DNA of 64,000 nt from an uncultured Chthoniobacterales bacterium (GTDB lineage: Bacteria > Verrucomicrobiota > Verrucomicrobiia > Chthoniobacterales > JAATET01): contig CAXTSM010000001.1 in NCBI GenBank assembly GCA_964247025.1, positions 92,050 to 156,049 on the forward strand, written 5' to 3'. The position numbers and the translations under genes are program-made. Shown here piece after piece: positions 9,865 through 19,612 of the stretch (the stretch's first letter is position 1; every line of letters begins with the position of its first letter). Below the pieces are notes generated by a model, which made no database searches, was not told where the DNA came from, and saw only the letters and a list, made by a program, of their open reading frames with translations.

Positions 9865-11748
9865 CTAGTTCGCGTTCGCCGTGGCCGTTTCCCACGCGGC
9901 GGTGGCTCGCTCGATCCGGTCGGCGATCTCGGCGAGCTCGCGGTTGGCGCGATGGGCTTTGCCCGGGTCGTCGTAGGTCGCGGAGTCTTCGAGGGTCGCG
10001 GTGAGCTCCTTCCGGCGAGCCTCGAGCGCGAGCACTTCGGCCTCGAGTTTTTCCGCCTTTGCGGCGGCTTCGCGGCGTTCCTTCGCCTTGGCGTTGCGCG
10101 CCTCGGCTTCCGCGCGCTTTGCCTCCTTTGTCTTGAAGATGCGCGCGCGCTCGGGCGCGGCGGCCTTTGGCGCCTCGCTCAGGCGTTCGCCGGATACGAG
10201 GGCCTCGCGCTCGGAGGTGGCCGCGGTCTTGTCGAGGAAATACTGGTAGTCGCCGGGGTAGAACTTCGTGCTGCCGGCCTGCACGTGGAGCACCTGCTTC
10301 GCGATGGCGCGGATGAAATACACGTCGTGGCTGATGAAGACGACCGTGCCCGAGAACTGCTTGAGCGCGGTGATGAGCGCGTCGATGCTCGGGATGTCGA
10401 GGTGCGTGGTCGGCTCGTCCATGAGCAGCAGATTCGGCGGGTCGAGCAGCAGCTTCACGAGCGCGAGCCGGCTTTTTTCGCCGCCGCTGAGCACGCCGAC
10501 GTTCTTGAAAACGTCGTCGCCGCGAAAGAGGAACGCGCCGAGCACGGTGCGCACGAACTCCTCGTTCACGCCCCGGGCGCCGGCCGCCGCCTCCTGGAGG
10601 ACGGTGCGCTTCTCGTCGAGCATCTCGACGCGATACTGCGCGTAGTAGCCGATCTTCGCGTTGTGCCCGGGCTCGCGCGTGCCGCCCTGGATCGGGATGA
10701 CGTCGGCGAGGATCTTGAGCAGCGTGGACTTGCCCGCGCCGTTCGGGCCGACGAGCACGAGCCGCTGCTCGCGCTCGATCTCGAGGCTCAATCCGCGGTA
10801 GATCTGCTTTTCGCCGTAGGCCTGGTCGACGCTCTCGAGCCGGATCACCCGCTGGCCGGAGCGCGGCGGCTGCGGGAACGAAAAGCGCACGACCGGCGCC
10901 ATCGCCTCGGGCGGCTCGATGCGCTCCATGCGGGCGAGCTGCTTCACGCGGTCCTGCGCCTGCGCGGCCTTGCTGGCCTTCGCGCGGAAGCGGTCGATGA
11001 AGGACTGGAGCGCGGCGATCTCGCGCTGCTGGTTTTCGTAGGCGGCCTGCTGCTGGACCTGCTGCGCCTCGCGTTGGGTGAGGAAGCCGTCGTAGTTGCC
11101 GACGTAGCGCCAGAGCCGCCGGTTGCGGATCTCGATGATCGTGTTGCAGAGCACGTTGAGGAATTCCCGGTCGTGCGAGATCACGAAAAACGCGCCGGGG
11201 TAGGCGATGAGATATTCCTGGAACCACCGCAGCGCCTCGAGGTCGAGGTGGTTCGTCGGCTCGTCCAGCAGCAACAGGTCGGGCTCGAGCACGAGCAGCC
11301 GCGCGAGGTGGGCGCGCATCACCCAGCCGCCGCTGAAGGTGTGGGCGGGCTGGTCGAAATCGGTCTCGCGGAAGCCGAGGCCGGAGAGGATGCGCTTGGC
11401 CTTCGGCTCGCGGCTCATCGCCTCGTAGTCGTCGGAGAAATCCGCGTCGGGGTCCTCGGGGTCCATTTCCCCGGTGGCGATCTCGCGACCGGTCGCGAGG
11501 TCGAGCACGGTCTCGTTGCCGGCGGGCGCGCTCTCCTGCGGGAGGAAGCCGAGGGAGGAGCCGCGCTGGAGGCTCACGCTGCCCTCGTCGGGCGAGTCGT
11601 GGCCGAGGATGAGCGAAAAGAGGGTGGACTTGCCGGCGCCGTTCGGCCCGACGAGGCCGATGCGGTCGCCGCGGTTGATCTGGACCGACGCGTTTTCGAA
11701 GAGCACGCGACCCGCGAAGGATTTGGTCACGCCGGAAATGGAAAGCAT
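9865..11748 (-). CDS. ABC-F family ATPase (second paralogue)
   Basis: Start placed at MLSISGVTKSF (internal Met of ORF 9865..11805). Walker A motifs 'GPNGAGKST' x2, signatures 'FSGGWVMR' and 'LSGGEKSR', and a Lys/Glu/Ala-rich coiled-coil tail. Confidence 0.88.
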   Translation of the reverse strand: MLSISGVTKSFAGRVLFENASVQINRGDRIGLVGPNGAGKSTLFSLILGHDSPDEGSVSLQRGSSLGFLPQESAPAGNETVLDLATGREIATGEMDPEDPDADFSDDYEAMSREPKAKRILSGLGFRETDFDQPAHTFSGGWVMRAHLARLLVLEPDLLLLDEPTNHLDLEALRWFQEYLIAYPGAFFVISHDREFLNVLCNTIIEIRNRRLWRYVGNYDGFLTQREAQQVQQQAAYENQQREIAALQSFIDRFRAKASKAAQAQDRVKQLARMERIEPPEAMAPVVRFSFPQPPRSGQRVIRLESVDQAYGEKQIYRGLSLEIEREQRLVLVGPNGAGKSTLLKILADVIPIQGGTREPGHNAKIGYYAQYRVEMLDEKRTVLQEAAAGARGVNEEFVRTVLGAFLFRGDDVFKNVGVLSGGEKSRLALVKLLLDPPNLLLMDEPTTHLDIPSIDALITALKQFSGTVVFISHDVYFIRAIAKQVLHVQAGSTKFYPGDYQYFLDKTAATSEREALVSGERLSEAPKAAAPERARIFKTKEAKRAEAEARNAKAKERREAAAKAEKLEAEVLALEARRKELTATLEDSATYDDPGKAHRANRELAEIADRIERATAAWETATANAN

Positions 11749-11803
11749 CCGCGACCTTGGCAGAAATCCTGCCGTCGCCGCAACGTCCGGCGTGCGTATT
11801 CTC

Positions 11804-14470
11804 ATGACGATGATCGAAGTGCGTTACGAATGGGGCGTGCACCTGCCGGCCGAGCACCTGTGGCTCGACCCGCGCGGGCCGCGGGAATTCGCCTTCGTCT
11901 CGCACGCGCATAGCGACCACACCGGCCGCCACCGCGAGACCATCCTGACCGAGGCGACGTCGCGGCTCATGCGCGCGCGCATGGGCGAGCCGCCCGGCCG
12001 GGAGCACGTGCTGGGCTACCGGGAGCGGCGGCGGCTGCGGAACTTCGAGATCGAGCTGCTGCCCGCCGGGCACGTCCTCGGCTCCGCGCAATGCCTGGTC
12101 ACCGCCGACGCGGGCACGCTGCTCTACACCGGAGATTTCAAGCTGCGCTCCGGGCTGAGCTCGGAGCCGGCCGAGGCCGCGCCGGCCGACACGCTCATCA
12201 TGGAAACGACGTTCGGCCTGCCGCGCTACGCCTTCCCGCCGGCGGAGCGCGTCGTCGCGGACGTCGTGAAATTCTGCCTCGAGGCCCGCGAGGACGGCGC
12301 CACGCCCGTGCTGCTCGGCTACTCGCTCGGCAAGGCGCAGGAAATCCTTTTCGCCGTCGCCGCCGCGGGCCTGCCGATCATGCTGCACGCGTCGGTCTGG
12401 AACATGTCGCAGGTCTACGAGTCGATGGGCGTGAAATTTCCCCCGCACGAGAAGTACGCCGCGGGGACGGTCGGCGATCACGTCCTCATCTGCCCGCCGA
12501 GCGTGGCCGGCTCGGCCATGCTGCGGAAAATCTCGCCGCGCCGCGTCGCCGTGCTCACGGGCTGGGCGATGGACGGCGCCGCCGCGCATCGCTACCAGGT
12601 GGACGCCGCGTTCCCGCTCTCCGACCACGCCGATTACCCCGACCTGATCCGTTACGTCGAGATGGTGCGGCCCCGGCGCGTGCTCACGCTGCACGGCTTC
12701 GCCCGCGAGTTCGCGCGCGACCTCCGCGCGCGCGGCATCGAGGCCTGGGCGCTCACCGCGCACGACCAGCTCGAGTTCGCGCTGGCGACGCCTTCCGCGG
12801 TCGTGGCGATACCGGGCGAAATCCGACCCCCCGCCGCGGCGGACCACGGATTCTCGGGCTTCTCCGCCCTGTGCGAGCGGATCGCCGCCACCACCGGCAA
12901 GCTCGTGAAGACGAACCTGCTCGCGGACTATTTTCGCCGCCTCGACGACGAGGAGCTTCCGCTCGCCGCCACCTGGCTGACCGGCCGGGCTTTTCCGCAA
13001 ACGGCCGCGCGCCCGCTGCAACTCGGCGGCGCGATCATCCGGCGCGCGTTGCTCGCCGCCTCGGGCCTGACGCCCTCCGACCTCCAGGCGATCTCCCGGC
13101 GCCATAACGACGCGGGGCTCATGACCGAGGAGGCGCTGGCCGCGAACGCCGGCGGCGAGCCGTGGACGCTCCCGGCGGCGAACGCGTTTTTCGAACGCCT
13201 CGGGCAGGCGCGCGGCCCCATCGCAAAGGGCCAGCTGCTCGAGGGCCGGCTGCGCGGGCTCTCCGCCCTCGACGCGAAGCACCTGGTGAAAATCCTCACC
13301 GGCGACCTGCGCATCGGGCTGAAGGAGGGCCTCGTCGAGGACGCCGTTGCCGCGGCTTTTCTCCGCGCGCCCGAAGCCGTCCGCGAGGCGCACATGCTGC
13401 TCGGCGACCTCGGCGAAACCGCGCGGCGCGCCCGGCACGACGATCTCGCGTCGATCGAGCTGCGGCCCTTCCGGCCGGTGAAATGCATGCTCGCGGGGCC
13501 GGAGCCGGACGGCGAATCGGTCTGGGATCGCATGACGGCGGACGGGAGCGGGGAGGTCTGGCTCGAGGACAAGCTGGACGGAATCCGCGCGCAGCTGCAT
13601 TGCGCCGGCGGCGAGGTCGAGATCTATTCACGCGACCTGCGGCGGATCACGGCGACGTTTCCCGAGATCGCCGCGGCCGCGCGGGGGGCGGGGGCGGAGT
13701 TCGTGCTCGACGGCGAGATCGTCGCGTGGCGCGAAGGGCGGCCGCTGGGATTCTTCGAGCTGCAGAAGCGGCTCGGGCGCGTGGAGCGCGATCTGTTCAT
13801 GAGCGAGGAGGTGCCGGTCACCTTCACGGCCTTCGACGTGCTGTGGCTGGACGGCGCATCCGTTTTCCGAAGGCCTCTGGAGGAGCGCCGCGCGTGGCTG
13901 GAGGCGCTGCCGCTGGCCGATCCGCTGCAGACGATTCCCATCGCGCGGGCCAGGTCCGCGGAGGAGATCGAGATCGCCTTCCTGGCGGCGCGCGGCCGGA
14001 ACAACGAGGGGCTTATCGCGAAGTCGCCGCGGAGCCTCTACACGCCGGGGCGGCGCGGGCTGTCGTGGGTGAAGTTGAAAAAGGCGTTCGCGACCCTCGA
14101 TTGCGTCGTGGTTTCCGTCGAATACGGGAACGGCAAACGCAAGGGCGTGCTGAGCGACTACACCTTCGCCGTGCGCGACGAGAGGGGCGCGCTGGCGAAT
14201 ATCGGCAAGGCCTACAGCGGGCTCACGGACGTCGAGATCGCCGCGCTTACGGAGCGGTTTCAGGCGATGATCGTGCGGCAGCGTGGCCGGGTGTTCGACG
14301 TGCGGCCCGAGGTCGTGCTGGAGATCGCGTTCGACGCGATCCAGCCGAGCGACCGGCACGCGAGCGGGCTGGCGCTGCGTTTCCCGCGCATTCATCGCAT
14401 CCGGGACGACAAGACCGCGGAGGACATCGACACGGTGGCGGACGCGAGGCGGTTGGCGGGGATCGCGTGA
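11804..14470 (+). CDS. Fusion protein: MBL/beta-CASP 'ligase-associated' exonuclease (N-terminal) plus ATP-dependent DNA ligase (C-terminal)
   Basis: Start at MTMIEVRYEWG. MBL motif 'SHAHSDHTG' and a beta-CASP-like region run to about aa 340. This is followed by a ligase DNA-binding region ('FSALCERIAATTGKLVKTNLLADYF'), adenylation motif I 'EDKLDGIRAQLH', and an OB-fold tail. It is a single uninterrupted frame of 888 aa. Confidence 0.85.
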   Translation: MTMIEVRYEWGVHLPAEHLWLDPRGPREFAFVSHAHSDHTGRHRETILTEATSRLMRARMGEPPGREHVLGYRERRRLRNFEIELLPAGHVLGSAQCLVTADAGTLLYTGDFKLRSGLSSEPAEAAPADTLIMETTFGLPRYAFPPAERVVADVVKFCLEAREDGATPVLLGYSLGKAQEILFAVAAAGLPIMLHASVWNMSQVYESMGVKFPPHEKYAAGTVGDHVLICPPSVAGSAMLRKISPRRVAVLTGWAMDGAAAHRYQVDAAFPLSDHADYPDLIRYVEMVRPRRVLTLHGFAREFARDLRARGIEAWALTAHDQLEFALATPSAVVAIPGEIRPPAAADHGFSGFSALCERIAATTGKLVKTNLLADYFRRLDDEELPLAATWLTGRAFPQTAARPLQLGGAIIRRALLAASGLTPSDLQAISRRHNDAGLMTEEALAANAGGEPWTLPAANAFFERLGQARGPIAKGQLLEGRLRGLSALDAKHLVKILTGDLRIGLKEGLVEDAVAAAFLRAPEAVREAHMLLGDLGETARRARHDDLASIELRPFRPVKCMLAGPEPDGESVWDRMTADGSGEVWLEDKLDGIRAQLHCAGGEVEIYSRDLRRITATFPEIAAAARGAGAEFVLDGEIVAWREGRPLGFFELQKRLGRVERDLFMSEEVPVTFTAFDVLWLDGASVFRRPLEERRAWLEALPLADPLQTIPIARARSAEEIEIAFLAARGRNNEGLIAKSPRSLYTPGRRGLSWVKLKKAFATLDCVVVSVEYGNGKRKGVLSDYTFAVRDERGALANIGKAYSGLTDVEIAALTERFQAMIVRQRGRVFDVRPEVVLEIAFDAIQPSDRHASGLALRFPRIHRIRDDKTAEDIDTVADARRLAGIA

Positions 14471-14554
14471 GGGGGAGGGGAGATCGCCTTCGGTGCGGTT
14501 TTCGGCGGGAGGCCGAAGACCGCGCGCCGGAAGCGTGCGCTCCCCGTCGCGGCG

Positions 14555-14686
14555 CTACTTTTTTTTGCAGCTGCCCTGGCTGCCGGGCTTCTTTCCGGGC
14601 ACGGGCTCGTAGCCGGGCTTGCAGGGATTGCCGCCCTGCTTTTTGCGGTGCTCTTTCATCTCCTGGGCTTTGGCTTGCTTGGTCAT
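14555..14686 (-). CDS. Possible 43-aa Lys-rich small protein downstream of gabD
   Basis: My own translation gives MTKQAKAQEMKEHRKKQGGNPCKPGYEPVPGKKPGSQGSCKKK. It is below the ORF-track cutoff. No homology was recognised. Confidence 0.25.
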   Translation of the reverse strand: MTKQAKAQEMKEHRKKQGGNPCKPGYEPVPGKKPGSQGSCKKK

Positions 14687-14728
14687 CTTGACCGGTTTTT
14701 CGCTCGTCGAAGCGGGCGCGGACGTGAC

Positions 14729-16183
14729 TTACAGGCCGGCCAGGCAGACGTATTTCAACGTGAGGTAGTCTTCCAGGCCGTATTTCGAGCCTTCGCGGCC
14801 GAGGCCGGATTCCTTGATGCCGCCGAAGGGCGCCATCGCGTTCGAGATCGCGCCGGTGTTCACGCCGGCCATTCCGCATTCGAGCGCCTCGGCGACGCGC
14901 CAGGCGCGGGCGAGATCCCTCGTGTAAAAGTAACCGGCGAGGCCGACGCTGGTGTCGTTCGCGAGGGCGATGGCTTCCGCCTCGGTCTCGAAGCGAAAGA
15001 GCGGGGAAACGGGGCCGAAGATTTCCTCCTGGGCGAGCGCCATGTCCGGCGTGGCCTCGACGAGGATCGTGGGCTCGTAGAAAGTGCCGCCAAGCGGGTG
15101 GCGCCGGCCGCCGAGCAGGACTTTCGCGCCCTTGGAGACGGCGTCCGCGACGAGCGTCTCGACTTTCTCGATCGCGTGATCGTCGATGAGCGGACCCTGC
15201 TGCACGCCGGGGTCGCGGCCGGGGCCGACGCGAAGTTTTTTCACGGCGGCGAGAAGTTTTGCGAGGAAGGCGTCGTGGATGCCGGATTGCACGAGCAGAC
15301 GGTTCGCGCAGACGCAGGTCTGGCCGGCGTTGCGGTATTTCGCGGTGATCGCGCCCTCGACGGCGGCGTCGAGGTCGGCGTCTTCGAAGACGATGAACGG
15401 GGCGTTGCCGCCGAGCTCCAGCGTGACTTTTTTCACGGTGGCGGCGCAGGCGGCCATGAGTTTTTTGCCCACCGCGGTCGAGCCGGTGAAGGTGAGCTTG
15501 CGCACGATGGGGCTGGACGTGAAGGCCTCGCCGATCTCGGCGGCCGGGCCGGGGAGCACGCTGAAGAGGCCGGGCGGCACGCCGGCGCGTTCGCCGAGCG
15601 CGGCGAGCGCGAGGGCGGAGAGCGGGGTCTGCGCGGCGGGCTTGAGGACCATGGCGCAGCCGGCGGCGAGGGCGGGCGCGACCTTGCGGGTGAGCATGGC
15701 GTGGGGAAAATTCCACGGCGTGATGGCGGCGCAGACCCCGACCGGCTGGCGCAGCACGACGATGCGGCGGTCGTTCGACGGGGGCGCGACGAGGTCGCCG
15801 CCGATGCGTTTGGCCTCCTCGGCGAACCATTCGACGTAGCTCGCGCCGTAGGTGATCTCCCCGCGGGCTTCCTCGAGCGGCTTGCCCTGCTCGGCCGTGA
15901 GGATGAGCGCGAGGTCGTCCGTGTTCGCGACGAGGAGGTCGAACCAGCGGCGGAGGATCCTTGAGCGTTCGGACGCGGTGCGGGTCCGCCATTCCTCCAT
16001 TCGTCGGGCGGCGACGGCGATGGCCTCGTGCGCGTCGCGGGCGTCGAGCTCCGGCACGGTGGCGATGAGTTCGCCGGTGGCGGGATCGCGGACCTCGATC
16101 GTGCGACCGGAGCGGGCGTCGCGCCATTCGCCGCCGACGTAGGCCTGGGTTTTCAGGAGCGAGGGGTCGGCGAGCGGGAGCAT
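14729..16183 (-). CDS. gabD: NAD(P)-dependent succinate-semialdehyde dehydrogenase
   Basis: 484-aa aldehyde dehydrogenase family protein with 'VTLELGGNAPFIVF' and 'GQTCVCANR' (catalytic Cys), and a GabD-like N-terminus 'QAYVGGEWRDA'. Confidence 0.88.
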   Translation of the reverse strand: MLPLADPSLLKTQAYVGGEWRDARSGRTIEVRDPATGELIATVPELDARDAHEAIAVAARRMEEWRTRTASERSRILRRWFDLLVANTDDLALILTAEQGKPLEEARGEITYGASYVEWFAEEAKRIGGDLVAPPSNDRRIVVLRQPVGVCAAITPWNFPHAMLTRKVAPALAAGCAMVLKPAAQTPLSALALAALGERAGVPPGLFSVLPGPAAEIGEAFTSSPIVRKLTFTGSTAVGKKLMAACAATVKKVTLELGGNAPFIVFEDADLDAAVEGAITAKYRNAGQTCVCANRLLVQSGIHDAFLAKLLAAVKKLRVGPGRDPGVQQGPLIDDHAIEKVETLVADAVSKGAKVLLGGRRHPLGGTFYEPTILVEATPDMALAQEEIFGPVSPLFRFETEAEAIALANDTSVGLAGYFYTRDLARAWRVAEALECGMAGVNTGAISNAMAPFGGIKESGLGREGSKYGLEDYLTLKYVCLAGL

Positions 16184-16238
16184 GGAAAAAAATTTAACAT
16201 GCCGCGGCCGGATGCAAAAGGACGCGGGTCATGGCAAC

Positions 16239-16550
16239 ATGATGGCCATGGCGATCTGCGCGCTTTGCGGCCGGGAGGAGGAGGTGACCCGTCATCATCT
16301 CGTGCCGCGCTGCCGCCATGCGAACAAGCGCAACAAACGGGAGTTCGACCGCGCGACGGTCCGCCAGACGGCGCCGTTCTGCCGGCCCTGCCACCGCCAG
16401 GTGCATGCCGTGCTGACGGAGAAGGAACTCGAGCGCGAGTGGAATACGGTCGAGAAATTGCGCGCGCATCCCGAGATCGCCCGCTTCCTGGCCTGGATTC
16501 GCGCGAAGCCGACGGGTTTTCGCTGCCCGGCGCGCCGGCGCCTCGGTTGA
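16239..16550 (+). CDS. Small HNH-like zinc-finger nuclease family protein
   Basis: Start placed at MMAMAICALCG. 'CALCG...HHLVPRC...CRPCHRQVH' fits an HNH/CxxC pattern. Confidence 0.5.
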   Translation: MMAMAICALCGREEEVTRHHLVPRCRHANKRNKREFDRATVRQTAPFCRPCHRQVHAVLTEKELEREWNTVEKLRAHPEIARFLAWIRAKPTGFRCPARRRLG

Positions 16551-16780
16551 TGGAGGGCGGCGCTTCGTCGGGGCCCATTTTTCCAGCGGCGAACGTGGGC
16601 GGAGACGAGTTCCGCCCTTTTTTTCGCCGATTCGCGGGTCGCGTGGGAGGGAGCGCGCGGCGTCGCGGAGGATGAAGCCGATTTCCTCCTTGGGCGCGCG
16701 GGGCTCGTCCATCGCGCGGATGGCGTCGGCAAAGATGCCGGCGGCTTCGTCTCGTTTCACGAGTTTTGGATTTCGAACCG

Positions 16781-16854
16781 CGGAGGCACGGAGGCACGGA
16801 GGCACGAGGCACGAGGCACGAGGCACGGAGGCACGGAGGCACGGAGGCACGGAG
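16781..16854. repeat. Short tandem repeat (CGGAGGCA)3-(CGAGGCA)3-(CGGAGGCA)3
   Basis: The 8-mer/7-mer/8-mer blocks are read directly, in the ~610-bp non-coding region upstream of pgm. Confidence 0.9.
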
Positions 16855-17162
16855 ATCGACGGGGTTGTTTGTCTCCTCGGTGTCTCGGTGCCTCCGGGGT
16901 GCAAGGACTCCCGTTCCGGGCGCCCGGCCGGGGGAAAATGCGGCGTGAACTCGCGTTGCGCCGACGTGAGCGGCGCGCATCGATCGTCGTGAACGATCGC
17001 GCGGGAGCGGGTCGTGCCCTGGTCGAGGGCGGGGAGATATTTTCTGGCGGGCATCGAACCGGAGGGAATTTTGCCGGATCTTTACGATTTCCGGGACGAT
17101 CAAATCGTCCTTTTCCGCCTCGAAATCCTGTCAATCCTGTTTCGTTCGATCATTTTGCTTCC

Positions 17163-18806
17163 ATGAGCCTGAGCCCTCTCGCCGGCAAGCCCGCCCCCGC
17201 CTCGATCCTCACGAACATTCCGCGCCTCGTCGCCAGCTACTACTCCGAGTCGCCCGACCCCGCGGTGGCGGCCGAGCGCGTCGCCTTCGGCACCTCGGGC
17301 CACCGCGGATCGTCCTTCAAGCGCACGTTCAACGAGGCCCACATCCTCGCGATCTGCCAGGCGATCTGCGAATATCGAGCCGGCATCGGCACGGACGGAC
17401 CGCTTTTCCTCGGCATGGACACCCACCCGCTCTCGGAGCCCGCGTGGATCTCGGCGGTGGAGGTCTTCGCCGCCAACGGCGTCACCCTCATGCTCGACCA
17501 CGACGGCGGCTACACGCCCACGCCCGCCGTTTCGCACGCCATCATTACCTACAACCGAAGCCGCGCCACCGGCCTCGCGGACGGCGTCGTCATCACGCCC
17601 TCGCACAATCCGCCCACCGACGGCGGCATCAAATACAACCCGACGAACGGCGGCCCGGCCGATACCGACATCACCGGCTGGATGGAAAAACGCGCGAACG
17701 AACTGCTCGCGGGCGGCTTGCGCGAGGTGCGGCGGACCACCCTCGCAAAGGCCCGCGCCGCCGCCACCACCCGCGAGTTCGATTACGTCTCCCACTACGT
17801 GAACGACCTCGGCTCCGTCATCGATTTCGCCGCGATCAAGGCCAGCGGCCTGCGCATCGGCGTCGACCCCATCGGCAACGCCTCGCTCGCCTACTGGCCG
17901 CCCATCGCGGACCGCTACGGCCTCGACCTCACGATCGTGAACCAGGAAATCGACTTCACGTTCCGCTTCATGAGCGTGGACTGGGACGGCAAGATCCGCA
18001 TGGACTGCTCGTCGCCCTACGCGATGGCTGGGCTGATCGGATTGAAGGATCAATTCGACATCGCCTTCGCCAACGACACCGACGCCGACCGCCACGGCAT
18101 CGTCACGCCGAACGCCGGGCTGATGAACCCCAATCATTACCTCGCCGTCGCCATCTCCTATCTTTTTGCAAATCGTCCCGGCTGGCCGGCCGCGGCGCGC
18201 ATCGGCAAGACGCTCGTGAGCAGCAGCATGATCGACCGCGTGGCCGCGAAGCTCGGCCGTCCGCTCGTCGAGGTGCCGGTCGGGTTCAAGTGGTTCGTCG
18301 ACGGCCTGTTCGCCGGCACGCTCGGCTTCGGCGGCGAGGAGAGCGCCGGCGCGTCGTTCCTGCGCCGCAACGGCGACGTCTGGACCACGGACAAGGATGG
18401 TCCGATCCTCGGCCTGCTCGCCGCCGAAATCACCGCGACGACCGGGCGCGACCCCGGCGAGCACTACGTCGCGCTCACCGAGGAATTCGGCGCCCCGGTC
18501 TACGAGCGCATCGACGCCCCGGCGAACGCCGCGCAGAAGGCGGTCTTGAAAAATCTCTCCCCCGCCCAGGTCCCCGCCACCGAATTGGCCGGCGAGCCGA
18601 TCACCCGCATGCTCACCACCGCCCCTGGAAACGGCGCGGCCCTCGGTGGCCTGAAAATCGAAACCGCCTCCGGATGGGCCGCCGCCCGCCCGAGCGGCAC
18701 GGAGGAGGTCTATAAGATCTACGCCGAAAGCTTCCGGGACGCGGACCACCTGGGCCGCATCCAGGCGGAGACCCAGGAAATCCTGGCCCAAGCCTTCGCG
18801 TTATAG
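17163..18806 (+). CDS. pgm: Phosphoglucomutase, alpha-D-glucose phosphate-specific
   Basis: Start at [12 protein letters not shown] (internal Met of ORF 16869..18806). Active-site '[11 protein letters not shown]', 'GTSGHRG' and 'GEESAGASF' motifs. 547 aa. Confidence 0.92.
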   Translation: MSLSPLAGKPAPASILTNIPRLVASYYSESPDPAVAAERVAFGTSGHRGSSFKRTFNEAHILAICQAICEYRAGIGTDGPLFLGMDTHPLSEPAWISAVEVFAANGVTLMLDHDGGYTPTPAVSHAIITYNRSRATGLADGVVITPSHNPPTDGGIKYNPTNGGPADTDITGWMEKRANELLAGGLREVRRTTLAKARAAATTREFDYVSHYVNDLGSVIDFAAIKASGLRIGVDPIGNASLAYWPPIADRYGLDLTIVNQEIDFTFRFMSVDWDGKIRMDCSSPYAMAGLIGLKDQFDIAFANDTDADRHGIVTPNAGLMNPNHYLAVAISYLFANRPGWPAAARIGKTLVSSSMIDRVAAKLGRPLVEVPVGFKWFVDGLFAGTLGFGGEESAGASFLRRNGDVWTTDKDGPILGLLAAEITATTGRDPGEHYVALTEEFGAPVYERIDAPANAAQKAVLKNLSPAQVPATELAGEPITRMLTTAPGNGAALGGLKIETASGWAAARPSGTEEVYKIYAESFRDADHLGRIQAETQEILAQAFAL

Positions 18807-18829
18807 CCACCGCGCTCTGGCCGCGCCCT

Positions 18830-18926
18830 CTTTGTAGCCACGGCGCTCCGTCGCCGTGTCCCCGCGCTCCGCTCGGAAGACGGCCATCATCCCGCGCCCC
18901 GCCCCCGCGGAGCGGGGCGGCGACAA
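18830..18926. repeat. REP/MITE-like palindromic element (same family as the 8981-9680 array, inverted orientation)
   Basis: 'ctttgtagccacggcgctccgtcgccgtgt...ggagcggggcggcgacaa' shares the arms of the tandem-array unit in reverse complement. It lies just after the pgm stop. Confidence 0.7.
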
Positions 18927-18991
18927 CTTGCGGCCGCGCATCATCCAAGATCGCGCTTGCCTCGCCGGGAGACTTCCCTATTCCTGCGCGG

Positions 18992-19381
18992 ATGAAATCG
19001 ATCCTGAGAGTTATACCGGTCGTTCTGGGAATTTCCGCTGGCGTGGCCGTCGCGGCGGACAAGCGGGACGCGCAGCTGCAGGAAATCTCCGCGATCAAGG
19101 AGGAACTGAAACCGCTGCGCGAGCGGGCCTACGTCGAGCCGGAAGTCATTGCCGCGCGCCGGAAACTGGACGCCGCCTACCGCGAGTATTGGGAGTCGGT
19201 CCGCGGCGCCATGGAGCGGCTCGACCCGGCGAAGAAAAAGCTCATCAAAAAAGAAATCGCCCTGCGCAAGGAAACCGGCGCCGTCGCCGGCGGCAGCCGC
19301 GCCGAGGACTACGAAAAAAAGGCGGCGCAGGCAAAAGCGGCCGAGACGCCTTCGTCGAAAGCGAAAAAACCCGGCGACTAG
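18992..19381 (+). CDS. Hypothetical secreted helical Lys/Glu-rich protein (copy 1)
   Basis: Signal peptide MKSILRVIPVVLGISAGVAVAA followed by coiled-coil-like sequence. Its duplicate at 20627..21016 differs by 2 aa. Confidence 0.55.
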   Translation: MKSILRVIPVVLGISAGVAVAADKRDAQLQEISAIKEELKPLRERAYVEPEVIAARRKLDAAYREYWESVRGAMERLDPAKKKLIKKEIALRKETGAVAGGSRAEDYEKKAAQAKAAETPSSKAKKPGD

Positions 19382-19421
19382 GACCATATCTGTCCGATGC
19401 CGGTTCATAAACTCCGTTGAA

Positions 19422-19531
19422 ATGAGCCTGGAATATGAAGTGCACACCGATCCGAAGTCATCGGACGCGCGCAACGGGGAATCCCGCTCTTCACGCCGGA
19501 GCGCAACGCGTTTGCCGAAGGCGAGTGCGCC
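19422..19531 (+). pseudogene. cas3 5'-end remnant (diverged, frameshifted)
   Basis: 'MSLEYEVHTDPKSSDAR...' aligns with the cas3 start 'MSPEFYAHTDPESSDVR' at offset 1635. An indel breaks the frame, and similarity ends after 'ggcgagtgcgcc'. Confidence 0.6.
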
Positions 19532-19612
19532 TGGGCCCAAAGCGATCCAAGCGGACGGACCCTTAGCCGAATCGGATTGCGAAAACTTGCATGTCAAACG
19601 ATATTCGAACGT

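Larger units (their letters stand above)
18642..19531. repeat. Copy 1 of a ~890-bp direct repeat (period 1635 bp)
   Basis: This segment is repeated at 20277..21166 with a constant offset of 1635 bp. The centre is nearly identical, and both outer edges have diverged. Confidence 0.9.

Noticed and set aside
8742-9868. A dozen 60-240-aa ORFs on both strands across 8.7-9.9 kb (for example 9069..9800, 9073..9663).
   Set aside because: They are generated by the tandem palindromic repeats. Their 'proteins' are just repeated translations of the repeat unit (…APLRRGAGG…HGDGAPW…) on both strands.
9512-13600. 1362-aa minus-strand ORF spanning the ABC-F gene and the exonuclease-ligase gene.
   Set aside because: It crosses two well-supported genes on different strands and frames, its composition is Arg/Pro/Ala junk, and no domain motifs are present.
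16153-17134. ORFs 16153..17103, 16194..17054, 16757..17134 (-) and 16028..16992 (+) in the gabD-pgm gap.
   Set aside because: They are low-complexity, run through the microsatellite and antisense to the HNH gene, and show no start context or motifs. A short stretch ('[36 protein letters not shown]') has good codon bias and might be a gene remnant, but it has no stop before entering the antisense of another gene.
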